64,000 nt of DNA from Lama glama. Lineage: Eukaryota. The position numbers were made by a program, and so were the translations under genes. Each line of letters opens with the position of its first letter. The first letter of the stretch is position 1. Below the pieces are notes generated by a model that was given only the letters and a program-made list of their open reading frames with translations, did no database searches and had not been told where the DNA came from. Shown here in pieces: positions 63,498-64,000 of this stretch. Where the stretch lies: positions 65,598,001 to 65,662,000 of the forward strand of contig CM052816.1 of the NCBI GenBank assembly GCA_028534125.1, given 5' to 3'.

Positions 63498-63692
63498 TTG
63501 ACCTTGTGACTTGAATATGAATGTGAATTTCACTAATTGGTAAAAGAAATCAACATGACCTTGATGAGGCCATTTCTACCCTGTTTGGTTCCTTCTTTGA
63601 CCTTGTGACTTGAATATGGATGTGAATGTCACTAACCAGCGATATAAATCAACATGACCTTGACGCCATTTCTACCCTATTTTGTTCTTCCC
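63498..63692. repeat. Diverged ~99-bp tandem duplication (2 units)
   Basis: Both units (63498-63596 and 63597-~63692) read ttgaccttgtgacttgaatatg(a/g)atgtgaat..cactaa..aaatcaacatgaccttga..gccatttctaccct. Confidence 0.93.
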
Positions 63693-64000
63693 TTCTAAGA
63701 ATTTTTTCACTCAAACAAGCCTTTGAGCCTATTTGGACCCACTAGGACACTGAACAATTAAAATGAACTCAATATTCTTAGTGTAGTTGCCGCAATTTTC
63801 TCCTAGAACCCAGGTAGTGTAATCTCTTGCCCCTCCCCCCTGCTCCAGCCTTGAGTGGATTAATTCACTGCATCACAGCCAGCACCTGAGTGCAGAATAA
63901 TTTATTTTTGTGTCACTTCATGACGAAAGCCTAGCTGGCATTAGCTCAAGCTGTGCAGCTGGCTATTAATTGAAGAAAACGTCTCTGTCACTCCTTAGTT

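Larger units (their letters stand above)
1..64000 (+). other. PDE4D: Intragenic (mostly intronic) segment of PDE4D. Upstream of 17.5 kb it is intron for longer-5' isoforms; downstream it is intron 1 of PDE4D3
   Basis: Contains the PDE4D3 first exon. No other PDE4D coding exon was seen (no FDVDNG/UCR1, D5, D8 or D9 N-terminus), which fits the known multi-promoter, very long-intron structure of the gene. Confidence 0.85.

Overview
Mammalian genomic DNA, AT-rich and repeat-rich. It is almost certainly a camelid, judging by six copies of a tRNA-Ala(AGC)-derived SINE of the vic-1 type. The window lies inside the very large PDE4D (cAMP-specific phosphodiesterase 4D) gene on the + strand. The only protein-coding sequence I can support is the 47-nt coding part of the isoform-specific first exon of PDE4D3 (17505-17551, MMHVNNFPFRRHSWI(C)), followed by a GTGAGT donor. 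It is not in the supplied ORF track because it is too short. Upstream are a small CpG island (~16060-16500), M-box/E-box and CRE-like motifs, and an 18-codon uORF. The rest is intron filled with MIR, L2, L1, CR1/L3, MaLR/ERVL LTR and hAT remnants, plus microsatellites. I found no new gene system, and the listed ORFs look like noise or repeat remnants. The most unusual local structures are: a SINE copy with a precise 19-nt inversion of its T-arm/B-box; an L1 insertion with a TSD that carries a copy of sequence from 1.25 kb upstream; an inverted young-SINE pair; and three micro-tandem amplifications that each build a homotypic TF-motif cluster (GATA x4, TEAD-core x3, ERR/NR5A x4). Repeat family names and boundaries come from recalled consensus sequences and are approximate.
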